64,000 nt of DNA from Opitutia bacterium. GTDB taxonomy: Bacteria > Verrucomicrobiota > Verrucomicrobiia > Opitutales > Opitutaceae. The DNA lies in assembly GCA_947478395.1 (NCBI GenBank), contig CANJVR010000003.1, positions 224,001 to 288,000 on the forward strand, in the 5' to 3' direction. Positions 45,857 to 55,757 of this stretch are shown here, piece by piece. Within the stretch, counting starts at the first letter, position 1. Each line of letters starts with the position of its first letter. Made by a program: the position numbers and the translations under genes. The notes beneath the pieces are model-generated. The model was not told where the DNA came from. It made no database searches and was given only the letters and a program-made list of their open reading frames with translations.

Positions 45857-46288
45857 ATGAAAAATCGCCTCCTTATTGCCCTAACTGCCCTCGCTCTCTC
45901 CGCCTCGTCTGCGTTTTGCGCCGACGAGCCCAAAACCGAGCTCGGCGAAAAAATGACCGCCATCAGCACCGCTTTCCGGGCGATCGGCCGCCAAGCCGCG
46001 GACGCCACCAAGAATGCGGATACCCTGACGAAGATCGCCAGCATGAAGGCTGCGCTTGAAGCGTCATCCCATTTGAAGCCCGCGACCACGGCGGATAAAC
46101 CTGCCGCTGAGCAGGCCGCTTACGTCGCCAAGTTCCAATCCGAAATCAAGGACATGATCGCCTTGGTTGGTAAGTTGGAAGAGGCCATCAAAGGTGGTCA
46201 CAATGACGCCGCCGCGAAGATCATCGACGAAGTGAAAGCGGAACAGTCCAAGGACCACAAAGAATTCCGTAAACAGGCCGCCAAGTAA
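45857..46288 (+). CDS. Periplasmic cytochrome b562-like protein
   Basis: Signal peptide, N-terminal Met (LGEKM) and C-terminal His (DHKEFR) in a helical sequence. Confidence 0.78.
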   Translation: MKNRLLIALTALALSASSAFCADEPKTELGEKMTAISTAFRAIGRQAADATKNADTLTKIASMKAALEASSHLKPATTADKPAAEQAAYVAKFQSEIKDMIALVGKLEEAIKGGHNDAAAKIIDEVKAEQSKDHKEFRKQAAK

Positions 46289-46316
46289 TCGGGCCGTTTA
46301 CCTCATCAGATTTCCA

Positions 46317-46348
46317 GCCGCGTCGCCTTAAAGGCGACGCGGCTTTTT
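46317..46348 (+). terminator. Intrinsic terminator after cytochrome b562
   Basis: Stem agccgcgtcgcc/ggcgacgcggct followed by a T-run. Confidence 0.85.
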
Positions 46349-46427
46349 GTTTTACAGATCCGAGAGGCGGCCAAAAACGCCGCACCGACCCCGGCCGCTC
46401 CCACGCCAGCAGCGAAGCCCTGAAAGA

Positions 46428-46522
46428 GTAGGGCAGGTTTTTCTAATAATCCGCCGCTGCGACCCAGCTCACAGAGAGAGCGACGACAAACCGGCGCGTT
46501 AAGGATAACGCGCCCTACCTTT
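46428..46522. repeat. GTAG-type REP doublet
   Basis: Intact REP at 46489-46522 (reverse complement aaaggtagggcgcgttatccttaacgcgccggtt) with a decayed inverted partner gtagggcaggttttctaataatccgccg from 46428. Confidence 0.75.
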
Positions 46523-46528
46523 CCGCGC

Positions 46529-47293
46529 TTACGCGTTCAGGGCGGCGATGATTTCGCCGTGTAACGCCGGCGTCGCCGCTACAATCGCGTCCGCGGGATA
46601 GGCTGACCCACCCGACCAGTTGGTGATAACACCGCCCGCGCCCCGAATGACGGGCACGAGCGCGGCAATATCCCACGGGTTCATGATTGGATCGAACATG
46701 GCATCAGCCCATCCGCCGGCCACGAGGAGGTAGCCGTAGCAATCCCCCCAGGTGCGGACGAGTTTGGCCTGCGCGAGCAGACGATCGCACGCCGGGCCGT
46801 TTTGGTAACGGGCGAGGTTGGCCAGATCGCTCGTGAGGACGGTGGCGTCCGCTAACCGCGCTGTGGTGCGACAGCGGACGGCGCGACCATTAAGCGTGGT
46901 CGTCCGGCCGTCTCCGATCATGAGCTGACGGAGAACCGGCTGGTGAATGCAGCCCAGCACGGGTTGGCCGCCATGCAGGAGAGCGATCAACGTGCCGAAA
47001 AGCGGGACGCCAGTGATGAACGATTTCGTGCCGTCGATCGGATCGATTACCCAGACGAACTCCGCGTCAGGGTTTTCCGAGCCAAACTCCTCGCCGATGA
47101 TGCCGTGCGCCGGAAATTTTTTATGGATGAGCGCGCGGAGCAGTTCTTCTGCGCCGCGGTCGGCGAGCGTTACAGGGGATGCGTCGGATTTAATTTCAAC
47201 CGCGAGATCCGGATTGGCAAAATAGGGGCGGATAAAGTCTCCACTCTGCGCGGCGAGATCTGTGATAAAACTCCGGTAAGGCGTCAGGTCCAC
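46529..47293 (-). CDS. hisN: Histidinol-phosphatase, inositol monophosphatase family
   Basis: Motifs GIIGEEFG, DPIDGTKSF, RTWGDCYGY and PWDIAA. Start at GTG 47293 (alternative 47311). Confidence 0.85.
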   Translation of the reverse strand: MDLTPYRSFITDLAAQSGDFIRPYFANPDLAVEIKSDASPVTLADRGAEELLRALIHKKFPAHGIIGEEFGSENPDAEFVWVIDPIDGTKSFITGVPLFGTLIALLHGGQPVLGCIHQPVLRQLMIGDGRTTTLNGRAVRCRTTARLADATVLTSDLANLARYQNGPACDRLLAQAKLVRTWGDCYGYLLVAGGWADAMFDPIMNPWDIAALVPVIRGAGGVITNWSGGSAYPADAIVAATPALHGEIIAALNA

Positions 47294-47305
47294 GGCCGGA
47301 GTGTG

Positions 47306-47381
47306 GCCCACGGAGCCCAATAAACACACGGAAAAAGGATTCGGAATTTCGGTTTTGGTGTGTTCCGAGTGTGGCGTGGGC
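47306..47381. repeat. Decayed copy of the 9-mer palindromic element in the hisN/exonuclease divergent gap
   Basis: gcccacggagcccaataaacacacggaa ... ggtgtgttccgagtgtggcgtgggc. Confidence 0.7.
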
Positions 47382-48047
47382 CATTCCTGGATCGAGCAGC
47401 CGATTTTTTTCGTGGATTTCGAAGGCAGCATTGCCTCGGGCATTTTAGAATACGGCGTTGTTACAGTCGTCGGCAGCCAGGTGATCGAAACGGCCACTCG
47501 GCTTTGCGCTCCGACCGGTCAGGTGCGTGAAGAGGACATCGCCGTCCACGGTTTGCGCGAAACGCTGCTGTCCGGTCACCCGGCTTTTGCCGCCGACTGG
47601 GACTTTTTCGCGGGCCTTCGTGAACGCGGACCGTTGGCGGCGCACTACGCCGGCGCCGAGAATTCGCTGTTGAAATCGGTGTGGCCTTATCCGCGCAGCT
47701 CGCCCGATTTCGTTCGACCCGGAGCGCAAGCGACGGAGTGGGGCCCGTGGATCGACTCGGCCCGCATCTACGCGCAGCTTTATCCCCAACTCGAATCGGG
47801 CCGGCTGGAAGCCGTGGTCGCGGCGTGCGGCCTGCAGAGTCAACTCGATCAATGGGCGGAGGAACGCTGTCCTCCCGCGCGGCGGCATTACCACGCCGCG
47901 CTCTACGACGCCCTGGCTGGAGCCGCATTGTTGACCTCACTCGCGCGTGAACCGGCAGTGGCCGGTATGACCGTGATGCAACTTCTCGCGCTGAGCACGC
48001 TCGACGGCGAAAAGCGCGACGCGATGCAGCAGGGAAATTTGTTTTAG
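47376..48047 (+). CDS. DEDDh 3'-5' exonuclease family protein
   Basis: Motifs FVDFEG, AVHGL, AAHYA and HAALYDA. Confidence 0.82.
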   Translation: MGHSWIEQPIFFVDFEGSIASGILEYGVVTVVGSQVIETATRLCAPTGQVREEDIAVHGLRETLLSGHPAFAADWDFFAGLRERGPLAAHYAGAENSLLKSVWPYPRSSPDFVRPGAQATEWGPWIDSARIYAQLYPQLESGRLEAVVAACGLQSQLDQWAEERCPPARRHYHAALYDALAGAALLTSLAREPAVAGMTVMQLLALSTLDGEKRDAMQQGNLF

Positions 48048-48081
48048 AAAGGTAGGGCGCGTTATCCCTAACGCGCCGGTT
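48048..48081 (+). repeat. GTAG-type REP
   Basis: aaaggtagggcgcgttatccctaacgcgccggtt; one mismatch in 34 bp to the inverted copy at 46489-46522. Confidence 0.85.
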
Positions 48082-48100
48082 GGGCGTCGCGCGTGTGCCG

Positions 48101-48192
48101 ACACACCCCGTCGCTTCGCGCCACCCCTCTCGGAGAGGGGACTCTGAATAAAAATCCCCTCTTGAGAGGGGTGCCCGCAGGGCGGGGTGTGT
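48101..48192. repeat. Nested-palindrome element (CCCCTCT..AGAGGGG type)
   Basis: acacaccccg...cacccctctcggagagggga ... tcccctcttgagaggggtg...cggggtgtgt. Confidence 0.8.
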
Positions 48193-48251
48193 AGTCAGCA
48201 CCACACCGGCCTTGCGCTCAACGCGGTGCGTTGTGAAGGTGTCGGGTTCCC

Positions 48252-50060
48252 ATGGCCATTGTCAGTCTTCTCGATGTCAGCTTGAGCTTCGGCGGTGCAC
48301 CGTTGCTGGATTGCGTCAATCTCCAGATCGACCGCGGCGAACGCGTCTGCTTGGTCGGACGCAATGGCGCGGGCAAATCCACGCTGATGAAAGTCATCGC
48401 GGGCGAACTCGCCCCGGATGTCGGGCAGGTGTTTCGCCAGGCGGGAGCGGTTTTTTCCACGTTGAAACAGGAAGTCCCGAGCGGACTCGTGGGCACGGTA
48501 CGCACGGTGGTCGAGGGCGAGGGCGGGGCCTACGAGGAACACAACGATTGGGAACGGCACGATCGCGTCGAGCGCCTGCTCGAGCAAATGGGTCTGCCCG
48601 TCGACATGGAGTTTGCCTCACTCTCAGCCGGACAAAAACGCCGCGTGCTATTGGCGCGCGGTTTGGTCGAGGCGCCGCAACTGTTGCTGCTCGACGAGCC
48701 CACCAACCATCTCGACCTGGCCTCGATCGAGTGGCTGGAGAAATTTTTGTTGGAGTGGGGCGGCGCGCTGTTGTTTGTGACCCACGATCGCGCGTTTCTG
48801 CGCAAACTCGCGACCCGCATCGTCGAGGTGGATCGCGGCCAGCTCGTCGGTTGGGCCTGCGACTACGACACGTTTCTCGTCCGCAAACAGGCCGTGCTTG
48901 AGGCCGAGGAAGTCGAACGCGCGCAGTTCGATAAAAAACTCGCGCAAGAAGAAGTCTGGATCCGGCGTGGCGTGAAAGCGCAGCGTTCCCGCGCGAACAA
49001 CCGCATCCACGCCCTCGAGAAAATGCGCGCGGAGCGGGCGGCGCGGCGCGACCGGACCGGGAAGGCGACGATGACCGCGCAGGAAGCCGACCGCAGCGGG
49101 TTCAAGGTGATCACGTGCGAGGGCGCAGGTTTCAGGTACAGCCCCGACGGGCCGTTGATCGTGCGCGATGTCACGACGCGCATCGAGCGGGGCGACAAGA
49201 TTGGCATCGTCGGCCCCAACGGCGCGGGCAAAACCACGCTGTTGAAACTATTGCTCGGCCAGCTCAAGCCGCAGGCCGGCACGGTCGAGCAGGGCACGCA
49301 GCTGGAGATCGTTTATTTCGACCAACTCCGCGCGCAACTCGACGACACGATGCGGGTGCAGGACGCGGTGGCCGACGGCAACACGACTGTGACGATCAAC
49401 GGCAAATCGCGGCACGTGATTTCATATTTGGAGGATTTTCTTTTCGAGCCGACCCGCGCCCGCACGCCGATCAAGGCGCTGTCGGGCGGAGAACGAAACC
49501 GGTTGTTGCTCGCGCGACTCTTCACCAAGCCGGCCAACGTGCTCGTGCTCGACGAGCCGACGAACGATCTCGACGCCGAGACGCTCGAGCTGCTCGAGGA
49601 TTTGGTGGTGGAATTCGGCGGCACCGTGCTACTCGTCAGTCACGATCGCGCCTTTTTGAACGAGGTCTGTACGAGCCTGCTCGTGTTCGAGGGCGAAGGT
49701 CACGTCGTCGATTATCTCGGCGGTTACGACGACTGGCAAAAGGAGAAAGCGCGGAAAGCAGCCGAAGCAGCAGCAGCCGAGGAACGGGCCAAGCTCACGG
49801 CGAAAAACTCCGCCGCGGGCACCGGATCCGGCGGCCCAAAAGTGCGAAAGCTTTCAAACAAGGAACGGGCCGAACTGGAAGCGCTGCCAAAGAAAATTGA
49901 AGAGCTTGAAACCGAGCAGGCCAAGCTGACCGCCGCGCTGGCCGATCCGCAGTTTTTCAAAAAGCCAGGCGGGGAAGTCGCGAAGACGACCGCCCGCCTC
50001 GAGGAAGTGGAAAAGCTGCACGCCGCCGCATTTACGCGCTGGGAAGAACTGGGTGGATAA
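48252..50060 (+). CDS. uup: ABC-F family ATPase, Uup-like
   Basis: Two ABC cassettes (GRNGAGKS, GPNGAGKT), EEVWIRRGVKA linker and C-terminal KLSNKERAELEALP coiled coil. Confidence 0.9.
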   Translation: MAIVSLLDVSLSFGGAPLLDCVNLQIDRGERVCLVGRNGAGKSTLMKVIAGELAPDVGQVFRQAGAVFSTLKQEVPSGLVGTVRTVVEGEGGAYEEHNDWERHDRVERLLEQMGLPVDMEFASLSAGQKRRVLLARGLVEAPQLLLLDEPTNHLDLASIEWLEKFLLEWGGALLFVTHDRAFLRKLATRIVEVDRGQLVGWACDYDTFLVRKQAVLEAEEVERAQFDKKLAQEEVWIRRGVKAQRSRANNRIHALEKMRAERAARRDRTGKATMTAQEADRSGFKVITCEGAGFRYSPDGPLIVRDVTTRIERGDKIGIVGPNGAGKTTLLKLLLGQLKPQAGTVEQGTQLEIVYFDQLRAQLDDTMRVQDAVADGNTTVTINGKSRHVISYLEDFLFEPTRARTPIKALSGGERNRLLLARLFTKPANVLVLDEPTNDLDAETLELLEDLVVEFGGTVLLVSHDRAFLNEVCTSLLVFEGEGHVVDYLGGYDDWQKEKARKAAEAAAAEERAKLTAKNSAAGTGSGGPKVRKLSNKERAELEALPKKIEELETEQAKLTAALADPQFFKKPGGEVAKTTARLEEVEKLHAAAFTRWEELGG

Positions 50061-50446
50061 AATCTGCCGACCACCGGACGGGGCTCTAGCCCGCGTGTTT
50101 GAAATACCACCGCGCCCTGAGCTCTATCGGCAAAATGCCCGCAAGGTATTGAACCGATAATGAAATTCGCCAACGGGCGAATCTCCCTGCACCCCTGCGG
50201 CACATCACCTGCGGTCTCGGTGGGCGAGGCCGGGATCCCCGCCGATTTTTGGTCCCCCGGCCACCGGTGGTTGGTTGAACTCATTCCTGCGCTAAACGAG
50301 GGGATTTTTTCGCGGGCAAAATACGTCGTAGGCCGATGATGCAAATCCCGCATGACGGGCTTCGAGCGTTGGCGGTTCCCAATGGTGACCGGCCATTTTC
50401 GGGTTCGCTTCTCCCGTGCGATTCGCAACGTGAGTAAAGTTCACGC

Positions 50447-52015
50447 ATGACTTTAATTTCCGCTCCGTCGCCTTCGCTCTTTAACTGGCTCGATTCACGG
50501 TCGGCCGGCGTGCTGCTCCATCCTACCGCCATCGCGGGCGACCAAGGGGTCGGCACGTTTGACGAAAACGCCGTGCGGTTCCTGGATTTTCTGCAAGCGG
50601 CAGGAATGAAATACTGGCAGCTTTGTCCGCTCGGTCCCACGGGCTACGGCGATTCTCCTTATCAATGCTTTTCCGCGTTCGCCGGTAATCCATATTTGAT
50701 CGATCTCAACGCGCTGGTGTCGCGCGGATTGCTCACCACCGCCGAAGTGGCCTCGCTCGCCTCCCGGGATTCCGAGCGCGTCGACTACGGCGCCCTTTAC
50801 GAACGGAAGTGGCCACTCCTCGCCAAGGCCTTCGCCCGCTTCAAGAAATCAGGGGCGCCTTCGCTCGGGGAGGATGGTGAAACCTTCGACGCGTTTCGGA
50901 AAAGTCAGGCCTCGTGGCTCGAGGCCTACGTGTACTTTCGCGCGCTGAAAGATCATCACGCTGGCGTTGCGTGGTGGGAGTGGCCCGCGGCGGTCCGCAC
51001 CTACGCGGCGGCGCAAAAATCTCCCCTGCGGCTTCAACTCGCCCCCGCGGCCGAGGGGCATGCGTTTTATCAGTACCTGTTTTTCACCCAGTGGCGGCGG
51101 CTGCGGGCGGCGGCTTCTGCCCGCGGGATAGCCATCATCGGGGACATTCCCATATTTGTCGCGGCCGATTCAGCGGACGTTTGGGCGGCCCCCGAGTTAT
51201 TTGAACTGGACCCTGCCACCGGACGGCCGATCGCCGTCGCAGGCGTACCGCCGGATTATTTTTCCGAGGATGGTCAACTCTGGGGAAATCCGCTCTATCT
51301 TTGGTCGCGTCACGCCGCCGATGACTTTGCCTGGTGGCACGCGCGACTGCAGGCGTCCTTTGCCCTTTATGATGTGGTGCGTATCGATCATTTCCGCGGC
51401 TTCGATGCGTATTGGCGAATTCCCCTGCCGGCGGCGACAGCGCGCAAAGGCACATGGATTCCCGGCCCGGGTTTGGCCTTTTTTAACTCGGTCAGCGCGG
51501 CGTTCCCTGACGCCAAAATTATCGCGGAAGATCTTGGGGCTCTCACCCCCAGCGTGGTCGCGCTGCGCGAAGCCACCGGACTTCCCGGGATGGCGATTCT
51601 GCAATTCGCCTTCGGCGGAGACGCGGATAATCTTTATCTGCCCCACCAACTTTCGCCCAACAGCGTGATTTATCCCGGCACGCACGACAACGACACCTCG
51701 CTGGGCTGGTACGCCTCCACCGCGGAAAAGGAACGGGACCATGTGCGGCGCTACTTGCGCATCGATGGCCGCGAGATTCCCTGGGATTTTATTCGCACCA
51801 GTTACGCCTCGGTCAGCCGTCTCGCGGTCTTGCCGATGCAGGACATCCTGAGTCTTGGCTCCGCGGCGCGATTTAATTCCCCCGGCAAACCACAGGGCAA
51901 CTGGCAGTGGCGGTATCGCGGCGCGCAGCTCGATCAACTCCTCTCGGGCGGTACGGCGGCGTACCTCCGTTCGCTCGCCGAGCTTTACGGGCGGACGCCG
52001 AAATCGCCGGGCTGA
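50447..52015 (+). CDS. malQ: 4-alpha-glucanotransferase (GH77)
   Basis: Motifs GVPPDYFSEDGQLWGNP, RIDHFRGF, AEDLG and GTHDNDT. Confidence 0.97.
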   Translation: MTLISAPSPSLFNWLDSRSAGVLLHPTAIAGDQGVGTFDENAVRFLDFLQAAGMKYWQLCPLGPTGYGDSPYQCFSAFAGNPYLIDLNALVSRGLLTTAEVASLASRDSERVDYGALYERKWPLLAKAFARFKKSGAPSLGEDGETFDAFRKSQASWLEAYVYFRALKDHHAGVAWWEWPAAVRTYAAAQKSPLRLQLAPAAEGHAFYQYLFFTQWRRLRAAASARGIAIIGDIPIFVAADSADVWAAPELFELDPATGRPIAVAGVPPDYFSEDGQLWGNPLYLWSRHAADDFAWWHARLQASFALYDVVRIDHFRGFDAYWRIPLPAATARKGTWIPGPGLAFFNSVSAAFPDAKIIAEDLGALTPSVVALREATGLPGMAILQFAFGGDADNLYLPHQLSPNSVIYPGTHDNDTSLGWYASTAEKERDHVRRYLRIDGREIPWDFIRTSYASVSRLAVLPMQDILSLGSAARFNSPGKPQGNWQWRYRGAQLDQLLSGGTAAYLRSLAELYGRTPKSPG

Positions 52016-52077
52016 TCCGGACGATCTCGCCGCGCTGCTTGGCTTTTTTATTTTCACGCGTAATCTCTAGATCCGAG

Positions 52078-52350
52078 ATGTTCGCCAATTTTCTCCAACT
52101 GATTTCGCGCCGGCCTCCGCCCGGCTACGAGCAGGAATTTATCCGCTCGGTGAACATTTCCCACCGAACGCCTCGCAGCCGTCGGATGCAATGGCTGTTG
52201 CTGACTGGCTGGATTTTAATCGCAGCCAAAAGTTGGCTCATTATTTGGGCCGTCGAGCACTACCACGTGCCAGTGAATCCTTTTTGGGTAATCGCGCCGA
52301 CCGTGATTTTTGCCGCGGTTTGCACCTTGGTTTATTTTTTGTGGCCGTAA
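52078..52350 (+). CDS. Small hypothetical membrane protein (two transmembrane segments)
   Basis: ATG 52078; two hydrophobic segments; fills the malQ-gluconokinase gap. Confidence 0.7.
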   Translation: MFANFLQLISRRPPPGYEQEFIRSVNISHRTPRSRRMQWLLLTGWILIAAKSWLIIWAVEHYHVPVNPFWVIAPTVIFAAVCTLVYFLWP

Positions 52351-52407
52351 GGTAATTGTGCGTTGCGGCGGGGCCGGCGGGATTTTGAATCAGCCATCCT
52401 CTTTCCC

Positions 52408-53346
52408 ATGCCCCGCGTTCCCGGTCTTCGCAGTAACTACGCTCTCGTCTGCCGTCTCGTTTATTTCGGGCGCATGCTCGATAAAATCCGCCTCCATGCC
52501 GCCGGGCGGCTCCCGGCCGACTACCAGAAAAATCTCGGGATCGGTTTTGACGCGCGTTGCTGCGAATTTCTCGGGGTGGACTACGCGGCGCTTAAGGCCC
52601 GGGTCCTGGCGGGCGGTTCCGAGGCCGAGATCGCCGCCTGGTGTCACGAACGCGGCGGCGCGCGCTCCGACGATCAGTGTAACGGGTTCAACCGATTTTT
52701 AATGAAACTGGGTTGGCGCGACGATCGCACGCCGGTGTTGCGTCAGCGCATTGCCGAGTTCGGGTTGACGGGCCGCCCCATCGAAACGTTTTTCGATCTC
52801 AACGAATTTGATGAAGACCGCGATCCCGTGGGGACTCGCGCTTGGGAACTTCGGCCTCCCGTCGTGGTGCTCGTGATGGGCGTGGCGGGCACCGGAAAAA
52901 GTACGGTGGGCGAGGCCCTGGCCTCGGCCTTGAGTTGGGAATTTCGCGATGCGGATAGCTTTCATCCCGCGCCCAACATCGCCAAAATGGCGGCGGGGCA
53001 GCCGCTCGACGACCACGACCGTGAGCCATGGCTGGCCGCGATTCGCGATCACATCGGCGTCACACTGGAGCGGGGCGAAAGTGCCATCGTCAGTTGCTCC
53101 GCGTTGAAGGAACGCTACCGACAGGCGCTCGGCGGCAATGCCGCTGGCATCGCGTGGGTGTATCTGCACGGTTCGCCAGAGCTGATCCGCGAGCGACTGG
53201 CCGGGCGGGCAGGGCACTTCATGAAACCGGGAATGCTCGATTCCCAACTCGCCGCTTTGGAACCGCCGCAGTTCGGGCTGTCGCTCGATGTGAGCGAGCC
53301 GCCCGATGCACTGATCGGCCGCATCCGCGCCCACCTCGCACTCTGA
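52408..53346 (+). CDS. Fusion of a DUF5069-like domain and gluconokinase (GntK/IdnK type)
   Basis: N-terminal GLRS..LVYFGRMLDKIRLHAAG.LP.DY; C-terminal MGVAGTGKS, DADSFHP, CSALKERYR and HFMKPGMLDSQ. Confidence 0.85.
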   Translation: MPRVPGLRSNYALVCRLVYFGRMLDKIRLHAAGRLPADYQKNLGIGFDARCCEFLGVDYAALKARVLAGGSEAEIAAWCHERGGARSDDQCNGFNRFLMKLGWRDDRTPVLRQRIAEFGLTGRPIETFFDLNEFDEDRDPVGTRAWELRPPVVVLVMGVAGTGKSTVGEALASALSWEFRDADSFHPAPNIAKMAAGQPLDDHDREPWLAAIRDHIGVTLERGESAIVSCSALKERYRQALGGNAAGIAWVYLHGSPELIRERLAGRAGHFMKPGMLDSQLAALEPPQFGLSLDVSEPPDALIGRIRAHLAL

Positions 53347-55757
53347 TGTCGCCGCGCCGGACAAAACGTCTGCGACTCGTCTGCGGCGGATTTGTCCTGC
53401 TCGCGCTCTGCGCCCTCGCCGTCGCCGGCTGGTTTTACGCCCGTATGCGTGCGAGTTTGGCCGCGCTCGAAGGGAGCTTCGCGCTACCGGGTTTGAGCGC
53501 GAGCGTCACGATTGAGCGCGATGCGCTGGGCGTACCGACCATTCGCGGAGCGACACGCGTCGACGTATCGCGCGGATTGGGATGGCTGCATGCGCAGGAT
53601 CGTTTTTTTCAAATGGATCTACTTCGCCGCCGCGCGGCCGGAGAACTCGCGGAGATCATCGGTGCCGCCGCCGTGCCGATGGATCGCGAGAGTCGCAGGC
53701 ATGGTTTTCGCGTCAAAGCACGCGAGCAACTGGCGCGTACACCGCCCGAAGAGCGCGCCGTGATTGCGAGCTACACGGCCGGCGTCAACGCCGGCCTCGG
53801 CGCGCTCGGGACAAAACCTTTCGAATATATTTTACTGCGAACGAAACCGCAGCCTTGGCGCGAGGAGGACTGTTTGCTCGTCGCGTATGCGATGCTGCTC
53901 GATTTGCAGGGCGACGCCGTCGCGCGTGAACGCGACCTTTTGACGATGCGCGAATACCTTGGATCGGAGACGCTCGCTTTTTTTGCCGCCATCGCCGGTC
54001 CGCGGGACGCCGCGCTGGATGGCACCAGCGCTCCGCTGCCGCCGATTCCTTCCCCCAAAGCGATCAACCTCCGTAAATCCGCCAAGCTTTCCCAGAGTCA
54101 GCTGCCTTTAAGCGATGCCCCGTTTTTCTCCGAGCGTCCGGCGCCGGGTTCCAACGCGTTTGCTCTTTCCGGCGCCCATACAGCCACGGGGGCCGGCTTG
54201 CTCGCGAACGACATGCACCTTGATCTTCGCCTGCCGAACGCCTGGTACCGCGCCGCACTCGTATGGCCCGAGGCGGGCGGCGAGCGACGCGTGATCGGGG
54301 TTACTCTACCCGGCGGGCCGGTCGTCGTCGCAGGCAGCAATGGCCGCGTCGCTTGGGGATTCACCAACAGCGCCGTCGACACGAGCGACCTCGTGGTCGT
54401 CGCGAGTGGCATCACGCCTGATTTTTACCGCGCTCCCGGCGAGGTCGTGCCGTTACAAGTCGAAGTCCGCTCCGAAACCATCGCCGTGAAAGGCGCCGAT
54501 CCGCTGACCGTGGATTATCGTTGGACGATCTGGGGGCCGATCGTCGGCCAGGACGCAGGGGAACATCTGCTCGCTCAACGTTGGGTGGGCCACGAGCCGG
54601 GTGTGATTAATTTTAATTTACTCAGAATGGAAAACGTGGGGACGACGGCTGAAGCCGTCGAAGCCGCGCCCCATTTGGGCGTACCCACCCTCAACATGGT
54701 GATCGCCGACACTGCGGGGGACATCGCTTGGACCATTGCCGGAGCGATCCCGAAACGGGTCGGTTTCGACGGACGGTTACCGGTGGCCTGGACATTTGGC
54801 GACCGTCGGTGGGATGGCCTGCTCAAAGCGGCCGAAGTGCCTGCTGTGTTTGGGCGCGCAGCGGGGCAGACCGGCCGGCTCTGGTCCTCAAACCAGCGGC
54901 CCCTCGGCGGCGCCGCGGGCGCGGTGTTGGGCGATGGCGGATACGCCGAAGCGATGCGCGGCGCCCAAGTACGGGACGACCTTTCTCCACTCGAGCACGC
55001 GGTGCCACGCGATCTGCTCGCCGTGCAACTCGACGATCGCGCACTCGCGCTGGAGCGTTGGCAGAAGCTTTTACTTGGCGTGCTCACTCCGGCCGTGGTC
55101 GCGGCGCGCGCCGAGCGGGGCGAATTGCGCGCCCTGGTCGAAAAATGGGAGGGCCGCGCCAGCGTGGATTCGGTCAGCTATCGGCTCGTGCGGACATTTC
55201 GGCAGGCCGTGGCGAGCAGGGTTCTAGGACCAATTTTTGCCCCATGTGTCGCGGCCGATCCGGGCTTTGCCCGGCCTCGCCGCTACGAAGAGCAACTATG
55301 GGCGCTGGGGCAGGAAAAACCGATCCATCTCCTGAGTCCGGAATTTGCCACGTGGGACGCGATGTTCGTGGCCGCGGTCGACGATACACTGAAGACCATC
55401 GCGAAAGAGGACACGGTGCTCTCACGCGCCACCTGGGGTCAGGCGAACACCGCCAACATCCAGCATCCTCTGGCGCGGGTGCTGCCGGGCTGGCTGGCCT
55501 TCTGGTTGAGAATGCCGGGAGATCCACTGCCCGGAGATCACGACATGCCCCGGGTGCAACGTGCTAATTTCGGAGCGAGCGAGCGCTTTGTCGTTTCGCC
55601 CGGCCATGAAGCCGAGGGAATTTTCGAGATGCCCGGGGGCCAAAGCGGGCACCCGCTCTCCCCGTATTTCCGTGCCGGCCACGAAGCTTGGGTGCGAGGC
55701 GAACCGACGCCTTTCCTGCCCGGCAAGGCGGAACACGTGCTGACGCTGAAACCCTAG
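53346..55757 (+). CDS. Penicillin acylase family Ntn hydrolase
   Basis: Motifs RDALGVPTI, HAQDRFFQMDLLRR, nucleophile GSNAF, ANDMHL and PGGQSGHPLSPYF. ATG overlaps the upstream TGA. Confidence 0.93.
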   Translation: MSPRRTKRLRLVCGGFVLLALCALAVAGWFYARMRASLAALEGSFALPGLSASVTIERDALGVPTIRGATRVDVSRGLGWLHAQDRFFQMDLLRRRAAGELAEIIGAAAVPMDRESRRHGFRVKAREQLARTPPEERAVIASYTAGVNAGLGALGTKPFEYILLRTKPQPWREEDCLLVAYAMLLDLQGDAVARERDLLTMREYLGSETLAFFAAIAGPRDAALDGTSAPLPPIPSPKAINLRKSAKLSQSQLPLSDAPFFSERPAPGSNAFALSGAHTATGAGLLANDMHLDLRLPNAWYRAALVWPEAGGERRVIGVTLPGGPVVVAGSNGRVAWGFTNSAVDTSDLVVVASGITPDFYRAPGEVVPLQVEVRSETIAVKGADPLTVDYRWTIWGPIVGQDAGEHLLAQRWVGHEPGVINFNLLRMENVGTTAEAVEAAPHLGVPTLNMVIADTAGDIAWTIAGAIPKRVGFDGRLPVAWTFGDRRWDGLLKAAEVPAVFGRAAGQTGRLWSSNQRPLGGAAGAVLGDGGYAEAMRGAQVRDDLSPLEHAVPRDLLAVQLDDRALALERWQKLLLGVLTPAVVAARAERGELRALVEKWEGRASVDSVSYRLVRTFRQAVASRVLGPIFAPCVAADPGFARPRRYEEQLWALGQEKPIHLLSPEFATWDAMFVAAVDDTLKTIAKEDTVLSRATWGQANTANIQHPLARVLPGWLAFWLRMPGDPLPGDHDMPRVQRANFGASERFVVSPGHEAEGIFEMPGGQSGHPLSPYFRAGHEAWVRGEPTPFLPGKAEHVLTLKP

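Noticed and set aside
50160..50339. 59-codon ORF (MKFANGRISL...) between uup and malQ, with a faint DF..LVEL nuclease-like motif
   Set aside because: Too short and too weak to support as a gene or relic without a search.
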